Shown: piece after piece, positions 9,294-18,155 of the stretch
Position numbering within the stretch: position 1 is the stretch's first letter
Layout: every line of letters starts with the position of its first letter
IMG/VR virus record: IMGVR_UViG_3300037067_006488
Span: 1 to 64,000 of that record
Length of the DNA stretch: 64,000 nt
From: a virus
Lineage: Duplodnaviria; Caudoviricetes
Reading direction: 5' to 3' (one strand)
Position numbers and translations under genes: made by a program
The notes under the pieces: generated by a model
What the model was told of the DNA's origin: nothing
Database searches by the model: none
Seen by the model: only the letters and a program-made list of their open reading frames with translations

Positions 9294-9464
9294 TTAAGTG
9301 TTTAGCTGAAAGTATTTATACAACTGCCGTAGCCTCTCGTCTTCCTCTACCGTTGTTTCTTTTCCTGTTGCGTTATTCTCGAAGAACCTTGTAAGGAAAG
9401 TGTGTAGTTCTGTTAGCTGGTCTACAAACTCCTTTTTCATTTCCGTAACCTCTATCTTATCCAT
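9294..9464 (-). CDS. small hypothetical protein (56 aa) opposing the local gene direction
   Basis: Manual translation MDKIEVTEMKKEFVDQLTELHTFLTRFFENNATGKETTVEEDERLRQLYKYFQLNT*; TATCTTTCG promoter-like element upstream on the - strand. Confidence 0.45.
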   Translation of the reverse strand: MDKIEVTEMKKEFVDQLTELHTFLTRFFENNATGKETTVEEDERLRQLYKYFQLNT

Positions 9465-9570
9465 GTAGAATAATTTTGCGAAAGATACGAAATATGTTTG
9501 AAAAAAACAAGCCTTTTTGTTGGAAAAATAAAATATGTTTGTTATATTTACGGTAGTTATGTTTTAGAAT

Positions 9571-9867
9571 ATGTTAACACCGCAATTAATTGTAACCAAC
9601 CTTCAGGACAGGGATTTCGATGCAGTAGAGTTGGTTTACCTGTTGGATAGGATGATCCGGGAACAAAGGGAGGACGCTGCGAATGTTTCCGTTGCGCAGT
9701 ATATCGCAAAGACCAACACCTTTAAGTTCAAGCGAAACAGAAGACTCGAAAAGGAATTTGATTTTGTCGTCAACCTCTTGAACGACGAGAGAAGGCTAAC
9801 CAGGCTGACTAACAACCAGGAACGCTACAAACAAACAAGAAGAGAAAAGAACAGGCACAGGAGATGA
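9571..9867 (+). CDS. hypothetical protein
   Basis: ORF track; first gene after an AT-rich divergent intergenic region. Confidence 0.65.
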   Translation: MLTPQLIVTNLQDRDFDAVELVYLLDRMIREQREDAANVSVAQYIAKTNTFKFKRNRRLEKEFDFVVNLLNDERRLTRLTNNQERYKQTRREKNRHRR

Positions 9868-10115
9868 TAAAGCACGTCCGTTATAACTATCGCACCGATA
9901 AAGACGGTAAGGTTTATTGGGATTGGTTTACCGTAGGCGAATCTTTCAAGTTCCAACTTAACGAGGTTGAGGATATAGAGCTTACCGTTGTTGCAATACG
10001 CCTTTACGACGAAGATAAAGCCCTTGTGGAGTGTAAAGATGCCGACGGCAACCCCCACGATATAGAACAAACAGGAATAACAACAAATCTGAGATGGCAG
10101 AAGATCAACGAATAG
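9864..10115 (+). CDS. hypothetical protein
   Basis: ORF track; ATGA overlap. Confidence 0.65.
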   Translation: MIKHVRYNYRTDKDGKVYWDWFTVGESFKFQLNEVEDIELTVVAIRLYDEDKALVECKDADGNPHDIEQTGITTNLRWQKINE

Positions 10116-10861
10116 TAAAAAGATTACACAGGATAGATTCGGTTGCAAACCTTAAAATGGTCAACAATTACTGTTTGGTGAAGATGATGGCATCAAATGT
10201 TGACAAGCCAACAAAAGACGGAATAGTGCTTGCAACAGAGTTTCTCAACCGCAACCAATATTTAGACGATTATGTTACCCGTGTGGGAACTATTGTGAAA
10301 GTACCGGAGAGCCTGTCTCTTTTCAGCAAGAAGAATCCCAAGGGATCGTGGTGGCTGACGGAGATAGAAGTAGAAGAAGGGGATTTTGTGTGGGTGTCCT
10401 ACGGTAGTGTCCTTGATGTAGATGTGTTGGTGTGCGAGGGAGAAGAATACTGCCTTATACCATATCAAGACCTGAGACTTGCAAGAAAGCGTGACGGGAG
10501 TTATATGTTGCTTAACGGGTGGGTGCTGTACAAAGACGTGGAAGAAGATCAGCCTGACACAAGCATTATCAACCCCGAAACAAGAGAACATATTGATCTA
10601 AACAAAGGAAGGGTTGTCCTTACGGGCAATCCCAACAAGCTATACTACGAGACAGATAAAGTAACAAAACAAGTAAGGTGGGTGGATTTGGATGCGGATA
10701 AAGACGTAAAATTGGGAGATGTTATTGTCAAATACAATCCATCCCACCACCTTATTTTAGAGAATCCGTTGTTTGCGGAGTATCCTGAGAAAGAAGTTTA
10801 TTTAATTCAAAGAAGAAATATAATTGCTGTATTACAACATGATAGCGCTGTTTCTGCATAA
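10094..10861 (+). CDS. tandem (two-domain) GroES-like co-chaperonin
   Basis: Two Cpn10-like units: NNYCLVKMM..TKDGIVLA..GTIVKVP..VEEGDFVWV and NGWVLYKDV..GRVVLTG..VKLGDVIV..QRRNIIAVL. Confidence 0.7.
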   Translation: MAEDQRIVKRLHRIDSVANLKMVNNYCLVKMMASNVDKPTKDGIVLATEFLNRNQYLDDYVTRVGTIVKVPESLSLFSKKNPKGSWWLTEIEVEEGDFVWVSYGSVLDVDVLVCEGEEYCLIPYQDLRLARKRDGSYMLLNGWVLYKDVEEDQPDTSIINPETREHIDLNKGRVVLTGNPNKLYYETDKVTKQVRWVDLDADKDVKLGDVIVKYNPSHHLILENPLFAEYPEKEVYLIQRRNIIAVLQHDSAVSA

Positions 10862-10954
10862 TCGCAATAATAATGTTATCGTGCAATTATACTGTTATCT
10901 TGCGGCTAATAACAATTAATGAGGGTTGATTAATTTTGGGGAAAATATTAAGTC

Positions 10955-11431
10955 ATGGCCACACTAAGTACTCTTGTCAACAACAAATACGACGAACACG
11001 TAACTAACCTTGAAGATCATCGTCCTCGTAGGGCGGAGTTAACAGAGACGGACTTACTTAAAAGTGTAACACAGCAGGTAAGGTGGCTTATGGGTGCTGT
11101 GAACGGCAGTGCAACAGAAATGACCGCAGCCCTCGCAGAACTGGAAGAGATATACGACTCTACAATAACGTCTCCGACCAACCTTGTCGGTTCTACCGTT
11201 ACCGAGCTTAACACAAGACGTGGACAAGAGGTTGCTCTTACCGCAGGAAACAATACAATAGCCTTTTCATCTGCGATGGATAGCGCAGACTATACCCTTA
11301 CTTTTATATGTTATACTTCCGAAGGGGGAATGATACAGTGGAGTTACGATCCCGACGATCAAACGGTAAACGGTTTCGATATACACGTTGCAAGTGCAGG
11401 GTTTATAAACTATATTGCTATTGCCAACTAA
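10955..11431 (+). CDS. putative virion structural protein (fibre/decoration-like C-terminal beta domain)
   Basis: Helical N-terminus; C-terminal TIAFSSAMDSADYTLTF...TVNGFDI...INYIAIAN resembles fibre tip domains; TAATTTTG lies 16 nt upstream. Confidence 0.45.
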   Translation: MATLSTLVNNKYDEHVTNLEDHRPRRAELTETDLLKSVTQQVRWLMGAVNGSATEMTAALAELEEIYDSTITSPTNLVGSTVTELNTRRGQEVALTAGNNTIAFSSAMDSADYTLTFICYTSEGGMIQWSYDPDDQTVNGFDIHVASAGFINYIAIAN

Positions 11432-12212
11432 TATTGTCATACCGTTAGATGTTCCGTCTGCGTGGCAGGACAACGAGCTTCGGTATCATCTGAGAAGCCT
11501 GCAAGATAACATAGGCGAATTTAATCTTACTATACTTACCGGATCAGAACCACCTTCTTGGTTAAAGGGCGCTACTGTTATTAACGTTCCCCGATACTAT
11601 CCTGAAAGATTAGCACATAAAAACAGCAAGGAATACGAATGTTATTTCGATACCTGCAACAAGCTGTTTGTTTATTGTTGGCGTAGCGACTGCCCCGAAG
11701 AGTTTGTGTGGGCATACGACGATCAGATTCTTTTTAAGCCCACCGACTTTGAGGAGTTTAAAGGATTAGGGTTTTGCGTAGAGAAAGGGAGGTATAGAAA
11801 GAGGCTAACCCGCCACGAGGAAACAATAAAACAAGCCCTTAATTTAAGCGGAGGGAAGATTAACTGCGAGCATCACGGATACAAACCTTACAACAGGGAC
11901 AAACTTAGAAATATGTTTGGGCTAAGGGATTTCAGGGGTATGGACATTCCGTATTCTGTCAACACCCTATACAGGAATATGTTTAACGAGATAAACAGAT
12001 TTGTTGTAAAAGAGATCACTAAGGATGTTGCTTATATACATAAAGGAGACGGGCATCACCACTACTTTATAATACACCCGCAAGAAGTCACCCCTATCAG
12101 TCAGGAGTATACCATGCTTAGTTATGACGATTTTGGTCTTAATGTAAACAACGGTGCATTAAAAAGGTGGATAGAAGCAAGGTATTCCCATCCTTCCATA
12201 TTTGAACGCTAA
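11415..12212 (+). CDS. Stealth-family-like (hexose-1-phosphotransferase-like) protein
   Basis: DNELRYHLRSL resembles the Stealth ELRYSLRS motif; FVWAYDD resembles FIYFNDD. Confidence 0.55.
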   Translation: MLLPTNIVIPLDVPSAWQDNELRYHLRSLQDNIGEFNLTILTGSEPPSWLKGATVINVPRYYPERLAHKNSKEYECYFDTCNKLFVYCWRSDCPEEFVWAYDDQILFKPTDFEEFKGLGFCVEKGRYRKRLTRHEETIKQALNLSGGKINCEHHGYKPYNRDKLRNMFGLRDFRGMDIPYSVNTLYRNMFNEINRFVVKEITKDVAYIHKGDGHHHYFIIHPQEVTPISQEYTMLSYDDFGLNVNNGALKRWIEARYSHPSIFER

Positions 12213-12292
12213 TCCTATTGATTTTTGTTAGATTATTTTTGTAGGCGATAGTTTATTGTTTAACGGCTTAGAAGCCACAAATACTTAAAAGT

Positions 12293-12751
12293 ATGCCTTC
12301 AGAATTAATTCTTCTCACTCCGCTGGTTAAAAACCGCAAGACCTGGACAAACGCCATGCTTATCAACGCAGACAATATCGTCACGTTCAAAGCAGACCCG
12401 TCCTACACAACAACCCGTACTATCCTGTATTACAATTATGGAGATAGCACCTGGGAGTTTACCCTTAGTCACAGTATCAACACCGTAAGTACACGGTTGC
12501 TCGAAACTGTTACCAACGACACGATCTGGATGCACGTAATTACTTCCAAACCTAATTTGGGGATGGAAAAGTCAGTAGACGCTAAATGGAAGGTTGCTTC
12601 CAAGAATATCTTGTTTGCCTACGATATAGACACAACCACTTCTTATGTGTTTATGAAGAAGGGCAACGGTGTTCTTAGGTTGAAGACAAGCCATTTAGTT
12701 TCTGACCTCTCAAGGGCTTATTCACAATCCAGCTCATTAAGCGCCAGTTAA
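12293..12751 (+). CDS. hypothetical protein with two internally similar halves, possibly structural
   Basis: INADNIVTF..SHSINTV versus VASKNILFA..SHLVSDL. Confidence 0.55.
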   Translation: MPSELILLTPLVKNRKTWTNAMLINADNIVTFKADPSYTTTRTILYYNYGDSTWEFTLSHSINTVSTRLLETVTNDTIWMHVITSKPNLGMEKSVDAKWKVASKNILFAYDIDTTTSYVFMKKGNGVLRLKTSHLVSDLSRAYSQSSSLSAS

Positions 12752-12802
12752 TTATTAAATTACGGGTTCTTGTGCAGAAGAAACCCCAATAAAGTTGTTA
12801 TT

Positions 12803-12858
12803 AAATTCCATGAGGGAGTAGGGGCTGCACCCCCGAAACTTCATGGATTTTTTTTATT
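12803..12858 (+). promoter_or_regulatory. nested hairpin plus T-tract in the HNH gene leader
   Basis: Outer stem TCCATGA/TCATGGA encloses GGGG-CTGCA-CCCC; followed by long T runs just upstream of ATG 12865. Confidence 0.55.
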
Positions 12859-12864
12859 TTTTTA

Positions 12865-14013
12865 ATGGAATCAGAATATAAGACATGTAATAAATGTAAG
12901 AGATCGTTGCCCAGAACTTCTGCTTATTTCTATCGCAAAAATAATGCTGTAAGAGGACACGCTGATGGGTTAAGTTATACCTGTAAGGAATGCGAAGGGC
13001 ATCCTTTTGGCAATCTTGTTAAGAAGGGGAAAATCACCGATACAGAAAAGAAATGTAATAAATGTGGCAGGTGGCTTCCAGCAACAAGAGATTATTATCA
13101 TGTGCAACCCGGTGGTTTACACGGACTACACTCTGTTTGTAAGGAGTGTAAAGGACGGAAGTTTGGTCAGCCCTTTAAAAGAGAAGTAGTTGACGGGAAA
13201 ATTCTTTGTACAAAATGCAAAGAGTGGCTACCTGCAAACAGAAAGTATTTCTCATGTTCTTCTGATAGCCCCGTTGGTTTAATGGTGTGGTGTAAAAAAT
13301 GCGCAGGAGGGGCTGAATATAAAGTATATGTTCCTAAACCAAGACTTTCAAACAAAGAGGGTTATCGGTTGTGTTGTAGGTGTGGTAAAGAGCTGCCCCT
13401 TACTGTCGATTATTTTCAAAGAGATAATGGTAGTAAGTCTGGGTTTATGGGGGCGTGTAAAGTTTGTGTTAAGAAGGCAAGGGATATGAATAAGATTAAA
13501 ATAAACAAGAAAAGACGTTTAAAAAGGTTGAGTAATATTACCACAGAAAGAGAAAGACAGCGTTTATACAGAGAAAAGAATGGGGGACGGATTAATTTTC
13601 TGCAAAGACAACGGGTTAAACATAAAACCGAATCAGAAAAGTTTGCAACACGGGTGCGCTCGTCCATACGCAGGGCGTTAAGAAATGGATTAAAGCAGTC
13701 CAAAACAACTGAATATTTGGGTTGCTCCATATTCGATTTTAAAAAATACTTAATCAGTTTGTTCACTGAGGAGATGACGTGGGAAAGGTTTATGAATAGA
13801 GAAATAGAAATAGACCACATAAAACCCATCAAAATGTTTGATTTAACGGTGTACGAACAACAGTTAGAGGCATTTCATTATACTAATTGTCAGCCATTGT
13901 GGAAGAGCGATAACAGGAGTAAGGGGTCAAGGTATAATAAGAAGTATTATAGGGGGAATATACCACAAGCGAGCAAGAACGATAGGCTTGACCCTTGTTG
14001 TGTTAATTATTAA
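12865..14013 (+). CDS. free-standing HNH endonuclease with four tandem CxxC...CxxC zinc-finger repeats
   Basis: Four CxxC-x3-LP-x4-Y[FY]...G-x4-CKxC units; C-terminal EIDHIKP...FHYTNCQPLWKSDNRSK. Confidence 0.85.
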   Translation: MESEYKTCNKCKRSLPRTSAYFYRKNNAVRGHADGLSYTCKECEGHPFGNLVKKGKITDTEKKCNKCGRWLPATRDYYHVQPGGLHGLHSVCKECKGRKFGQPFKREVVDGKILCTKCKEWLPANRKYFSCSSDSPVGLMVWCKKCAGGAEYKVYVPKPRLSNKEGYRLCCRCGKELPLTVDYFQRDNGSKSGFMGACKVCVKKARDMNKIKINKKRRLKRLSNITTERERQRLYREKNGGRINFLQRQRVKHKTESEKFATRVRSSIRRALRNGLKQSKTTEYLGCSIFDFKKYLISLFTEEMTWERFMNREIEIDHIKPIKMFDLTVYEQQLEAFHYTNCQPLWKSDNRSKGSRYNKKYYRGNIPQASKNDRLDPCCVNY

Positions 14014-14017
14014 TATT

Positions 14018-14050
14018 AAAGCCCCGACAACAATCGGGGTTTTTTCTTTT
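14018..14050 (+). terminator. intrinsic terminator
   Basis: CCCCGA-CAACAA-TCGGGG followed by TTTTTTCTTTT. Confidence 0.85.
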
Positions 14051-14068
14051 AAAATAATTCACAAAATA

Positions 14069-14100
14069 TTTGGATATTAACAAAACAAGTGTTAATTTTG
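14069..14100 (+). promoter_or_regulatory. canonical Bacteroidota sigma70 promoter TTTG-N20-TAATTTTG
   Basis: -33 TTTG at 14069-14072; -7 TAATTTTG at 14093-14100; 22 nt before ATG 14123. Confidence 0.8.
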
Positions 14101-14122
14101 ATCTACAATTATAACGATAAAC

Positions 14123-14749
14123 ATGAGCACAGAGAAACAAGGCGAGATTTTCTTCCCGAAGGGTTGCCCTTCATGCGGCGGTAAGATTGTGTTTAAGAGG
14201 GCTGACGAATTGTTTAAGAATCCTGACAAGTGTGGTTTTGTGTATTGTTGCGAGAACTATCCTACCAACTGCACGGTGTTTGTAAGTGCCCACAAGGAAA
14301 CAAAAGGAGAGGGTATAAGGGATTATCCTATCGGCATCCTGGCAGACGATAAACTACGCATCCTTCACGATGTGTGTCGTAACAAATTCAATCAGCTTTG
14401 GCTTGACGGCAACAACATAAAGAGGGTATACAAGGATTTTGTTGTGGGGTTTACGGACGAGAACGGAGAATCCTGTTACGGTGTTGTAGACAAGGTTACA
14501 AGCGAGGGGTATATCCTTTATTCTCCCTGTTGCAAAGAACCTTTTGTCGTGCCCTTAAACATGGTCAATACAATCACCGCCCGCACTAAAGCATACTTCT
14601 GGTTGTCTATTAAAATGGGAATACCCTTTAACGACTGCAAGATTCCTATGTTCGACAAGGATGCAACAGAAAAAGCAATATCAATAATAGAAGAAGCTAT
14701 TTTAAATTTAAAATCAAATAACGATGGAACAAAAGACTTTCAGGGCTAA
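14123..14749 (+). CDS. DUF3268-like zinc-finger protein
   Basis: CPSCG...VYCCENYPTNC...PIGILADDKLR...KAYFWLSIKMGIP..CKIPMFD. Confidence 0.7.
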   Translation: MSTEKQGEIFFPKGCPSCGGKIVFKRADELFKNPDKCGFVYCCENYPTNCTVFVSAHKETKGEGIRDYPIGILADDKLRILHDVCRNKFNQLWLDGNNIKRVYKDFVVGFTDENGESCYGVVDKVTSEGYILYSPCCKEPFVVPLNMVNTITARTKAYFWLSIKMGIPFNDCKIPMFDKDATEKAISIIEEAILNLKSNNDGTKDFQG

Positions 14750-15155
14750 TATGTTTGTAAAGGAGGTTAAGCCTCTTACGTCAGGTACAGGGAAAAACTA
14801 TCAGCGTGTTACTCTCGGAGACGGAGTGGAGTATTCCGCTTGGGACAACAACAAAGGGAACGACTTCTCGGTTTTGGTAAATCAGAGCGTGGATGTGGAG
14901 ACTTGGACTAACGGTAAGTTTAAGAATGTTCAGATTGCAAAGAAGGAACAGTCTGCCGCTTCTGCCCCTGCACCTGCCCCCGCAGTAAAACACGACAGCG
15001 ATTTCGACATACGCAAGAGTTCTTTCTTGCTGGCTTTAGAACTGCTTAAACTCTCAGGAGAGAAAGCATCGAAAACTACTTTAGCACCTAAAATTCTATT
15101 CTGTGAAAATTACCTGCGGACAGGAGACCTTGGGGCTGATAAGGCTCAAGAGTAA
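14724..15155 (+). CDS. putative ssDNA-binding OB-fold protein
   Basis: Beta-rich N-terminus (YQRVTL, YSAWD, GKFKNV), Ala/Pro linker, recombination-operon context. Confidence 0.45.
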   Translation: MEQKTFRANMFVKEVKPLTSGTGKNYQRVTLGDGVEYSAWDNNKGNDFSVLVNQSVDVETWTNGKFKNVQIAKKEQSAASAPAPAPAVKHDSDFDIRKSSFLLALELLKLSGEKASKTTLAPKILFCENYLRTGDLGADKAQE

Positions 15156-15174
15156 GTTTGATTTATACACTCTT

Positions 15175-15351
15175 ATGCCGGGCAAGAGGACGTGGAGAGA
15201 AGACAATATCGAGCCAGCAATAGGAACAGAATACCTTATTTATAGCCCTTATTCCAAATCCCTGTACGAAAGCAGGGTAGAAGAATGGACTAATTGGGCT
15301 GTGCTTGACAGATACATAAAGGAAGGAAATGTTTATATACGAGAAAAATAA
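15175..15351 (+). CDS. small hypothetical protein
   Basis: Likely start ATG 15175; TAATG overlap with the next gene. Confidence 0.5.
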   Translation: MPGKRTWREDNIEPAIGTEYLIYSPYSKSLYESRVEEWTNWAVLDRYIKEGNVYIREK

Positions 15352-16403
15352 TGGAAGACAAGACACAGAATATATGGGCTGAATACTCTACCCTGCCTCC
15401 ACCCTCGGTACAGCTAAGACGTTTTGATGACGGAAGGGATAATAGGTTTTATTGGTGGGTGTCTTATAACGAGGAAGCCCAAATAATACCTAACACAGCA
15501 ATAGGGATAACCTCTTTGCTTGGGATGGTGATGCCGACAAGCCCATTTATGACACAATGGAAACTGGATAACCCGAACTGGGAACAGCTTTTTAAAGATA
15601 GTTCTGTATACGGTACTATCCTACATCAGATATACGGAGAATGGATTGTAAAGAGGACTGTTAACGATGATTTAGTGCAGGCTGCCCGTGCTATCGCCAT
15701 CCGCACAGGAGGAGGATCGGATATGATAGACAAGAATATCATATCCTTTATGAAGTGGGTTGAGGATTACAACGTGAAGCCTTTACTGTGCGAGGCTATG
15801 TTGCTGTCAGCGCCGATAGAAGGCGAACAATATGCCCTTACCCTTGACTTGCTTTGCGAGCTGTCCGTAGAGGAGACCGTAGAGTTTGAGAAGGAGGACG
15901 GGGTGTATGTGAAGGGCGACAAAAAAGGACAGCCTAAGATAATAAAGATTAAAGAAACGTCTAAGGTTAAACGGTTAGCTCTTGTAGACTTCAAGTCTAA
16001 CTTCTTCGACAAGGACAAGAAATCGTTCTACGATTCTCACCTTATGCAGTTGATCGGTGCGAGGAAGGCTATTAAACACAGCTATCCCGATCTGAATGTA
16101 GATATAATTGCGAACCTCTCCCCTTCGGGGTGGAGAACAAAACCTGGGTATGATTTCTATATTTGGGAACCGACGTGGATAGAGGAAGCGTTGTTCGACA
16201 GTTATATCACGATTGCGAGGTTGAAGGGAATGTTTCAGCCGAAGGGCAGTATCTTCATGCCTCCAATATACAATGCAAATGCTAACTCCTCCGATTTCAG
16301 GATTGTCTCTTACCCCGAATATGTGTTGGGTATTCTTACGCCTCCCGAAGATAACCGAGAGGATTATACAGACGAGTTTAGTCCTATTCTTAACAGTATT
16401 TAG
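15351..16403 (+). CDS. PD-(D/E)XK family exonuclease (phage recombination nuclease)
   Basis: GTILH, LLCEAML, LTLDLL, LVDFKS and MQLIG motifs. Confidence 0.75.
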   Translation: MEDKTQNIWAEYSTLPPPSVQLRRFDDGRDNRFYWWVSYNEEAQIIPNTAIGITSLLGMVMPTSPFMTQWKLDNPNWEQLFKDSSVYGTILHQIYGEWIVKRTVNDDLVQAARAIAIRTGGGSDMIDKNIISFMKWVEDYNVKPLLCEAMLLSAPIEGEQYALTLDLLCELSVEETVEFEKEDGVYVKGDKKGQPKIIKIKETSKVKRLALVDFKSNFFDKDKKSFYDSHLMQLIGARKAIKHSYPDLNVDIIANLSPSGWRTKPGYDFYIWEPTWIEEALFDSYITIARLKGMFQPKGSIFMPPIYNANANSSDFRIVSYPEYVLGILTPPEDNREDYTDEFSPILNSI

Positions 16404-16408
16404 GATGA

Positions 16409-16720
16409 ATGACAAACAGCCAAAGCGCCTACTATCGGGGGGTGGTTATCCCAAGTATAATGAAGTGGCTAAACATAGACCTAACGTTATACAAAACTGT
16501 CGCCCCCAAAATACATACTGCAATCAAGCACTGCTTCGGTATTCGCAGTATGCGAGATTTATCGGTACAGCAATTCGAGGTGTTTGCAGAAACATTACGA
16601 ATGTTGTTTGTTCGGGAGTACGGGCTTCTAATCCCTACCCCTGACGAGAAAGACTTCGATGCAGAAAAAGCAACAATGCGGGAGTATTTAAGATTTAAAA
16701 GAAAACACAATGATTATTAA
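16409..16720 (+). CDS. NinB/YbcN-like recombination protein
   Basis: QSAYYRGVVIP...IH..IK..F...S.RDL...F.....R......G..IP.P pattern. Confidence 0.6.
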   Translation: MTNSQSAYYRGVVIPSIMKWLNIDLTLYKTVAPKIHTAIKHCFGIRSMRDLSVQQFEVFAETLRMLFVREYGLLIPTPDEKDFDAEKATMREYLRFKRKHNDY

Positions 16721-17285
16721 GATAAAAGTAAGACAAGAAGGGGTTGTGTACGAGTCAACAGGGTTGTTCTTCGTGGATGACTTTATATCCGAACAGGATT
16801 TAAACAGTTGGTTAACTACCCTTAATGCAGGGATAAGAGCGGGGTTGTATAAGGATTTTGTTAAGAACGATACGGTTTGTTTTGTTGTCGGCGAAGACAA
16901 GGGGGCTTTGCCCTTCATCCCCGAAACAGCAATAACAGACGACATAATAGATTTTATATGCGATAAGATGAGTTTGGGTATAGACGACATAAAAACAACC
17001 TCCCGATCCAACAAGAGAAACGCATATTTAACAAGGTGTGTTGTTATTGGGGCTTTGCGGTTCTTTACTAAACTTGGCACGGCAGAGATAGGGGGAATAT
17101 TTCAGAGAGACCATGCCTCTGTTGTGCATACTTGCAAGAGGGTATTACCTTCATTTTATTATCCGGTTAACCCTGTTGCGACCACATTAATAAACAACGT
17201 CGCTATAAGGTATAACGACTCCCGTTTTATAGATGCTTGTAGGGAGGGAATATTTGCAAACAAAAGTGTAACAATATTAGACTAA
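16710..17285 (+). CDS. protein with a DnaA domain IV-like helix-turn-helix
   Basis: DIKTTSRS...AYLTR...TAEIGGIFQRDHASVVHTCKRV resembles IG..F.RDHTTV.HA; no AAA+ domain. Confidence 0.7.
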   Translation: MIIKIKVRQEGVVYESTGLFFVDDFISEQDLNSWLTTLNAGIRAGLYKDFVKNDTVCFVVGEDKGALPFIPETAITDDIIDFICDKMSLGIDDIKTTSRSNKRNAYLTRCVVIGALRFFTKLGTAEIGGIFQRDHASVVHTCKRVLPSFYYPVNPVATTLINNVAIRYNDSRFIDACREGIFANKSVTILD

Positions 17286-17286
17286 T

Positions 17287-17730
17287 ATGGACATAAACTT
17301 ACCACACGAATTAAAAGGACGGGTTATTGCAAAGAGAGGCCCGTATATTGTGGGACAGAACAAGATCGAAAAACATCTGTTGTATCTCGAATGTGATTAT
17401 CCCAAGAGGGGGAAGGTGGAAACTACGAACGTTAAGGCTCTTTGTTGGGCTTGGGGAGGACACGCCTCCAAGATAGACCACATATTCCCCGGAGATATTG
17501 TTAAGTTCACCTTCTCTCTTTCGGGTAGGATGGACAACGACAGAAAAGACAAGAACGGAGCAGAAATGTGTTGGACGGAGGTTGTTATCGAAAGCAGACC
17601 GGAGGTGTTGGATTCTTCGCAGAGAAAGATGTACAACAACAACCCTGGCGAACTACCTTTAGGGGGAGTAGAGGGGATGCCTCCGTCGGAGGATTTAGGA
17701 AAGGAAGATTACAATGATTTACCTTTTTGA
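17287..17730 (+). CDS. DUF3127-like single-stranded DNA-binding protein
   Basis: OB-fold pattern (GDIVKFTFSLSGR) and acidic C-terminal tail ending DLPF. Confidence 0.7.
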   Translation: MDINLPHELKGRVIAKRGPYIVGQNKIEKHLLYLECDYPKRGKVETTNVKALCWAWGGHASKIDHIFPGDIVKFTFSLSGRMDNDRKDKNGAEMCWTEVVIESRPEVLDSSQRKMYNNNPGELPLGGVEGMPPSEDLGKEDYNDLPF

Positions 17731-17757
17731 TATTCAATTAATTAAACAAAAACAACG

Positions 17758-18123
17758 ATGAAAACACTACCAACAGAATTTAACAAGAACGGAATGAAGT
17801 ACCGGATAATAGACCGGAGCGAAACAAGGTACTTAGCAGAAGTGTATTCTCTTGAATCGGGTAATCTTGGCGCTTACGAAACCGGAAGGATATTAAGACA
17901 CGAGGGGTTTAAGATTGGAGGAAGGGATGTAGAGGCAGGAGAAAACATAATCGGCAACGAAGCCTTCGGCAAAGATGCTTACGAGGGCGTTATGTCCCCC
18001 AAAAGTAAGGATGTTGTAGTAGGATGGTTTAAGGAAGGCACTATATCCGATATAAGGAAGGCAAAATTGAGTTCGCCAAAACAGGAACAGGACAAAGTGG
18101 ATATAAGCATTGACTCGGAATAA
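17758..18123 (+). CDS. hypothetical phage protein
   Basis: ORF track; A-rich leader. Confidence 0.7.
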   Translation: MKTLPTEFNKNGMKYRIIDRSETRYLAEVYSLESGNLGAYETGRILRHEGFKIGGRDVEAGENIIGNEAFGKDAYEGVMSPKSKDVVVGWFKEGTISDIRKAKLSSPKQEQDKVDISIDSE

Positions 18124-18155
18124 AAATCTGTACACAACTCTAAAAAACACACCTT

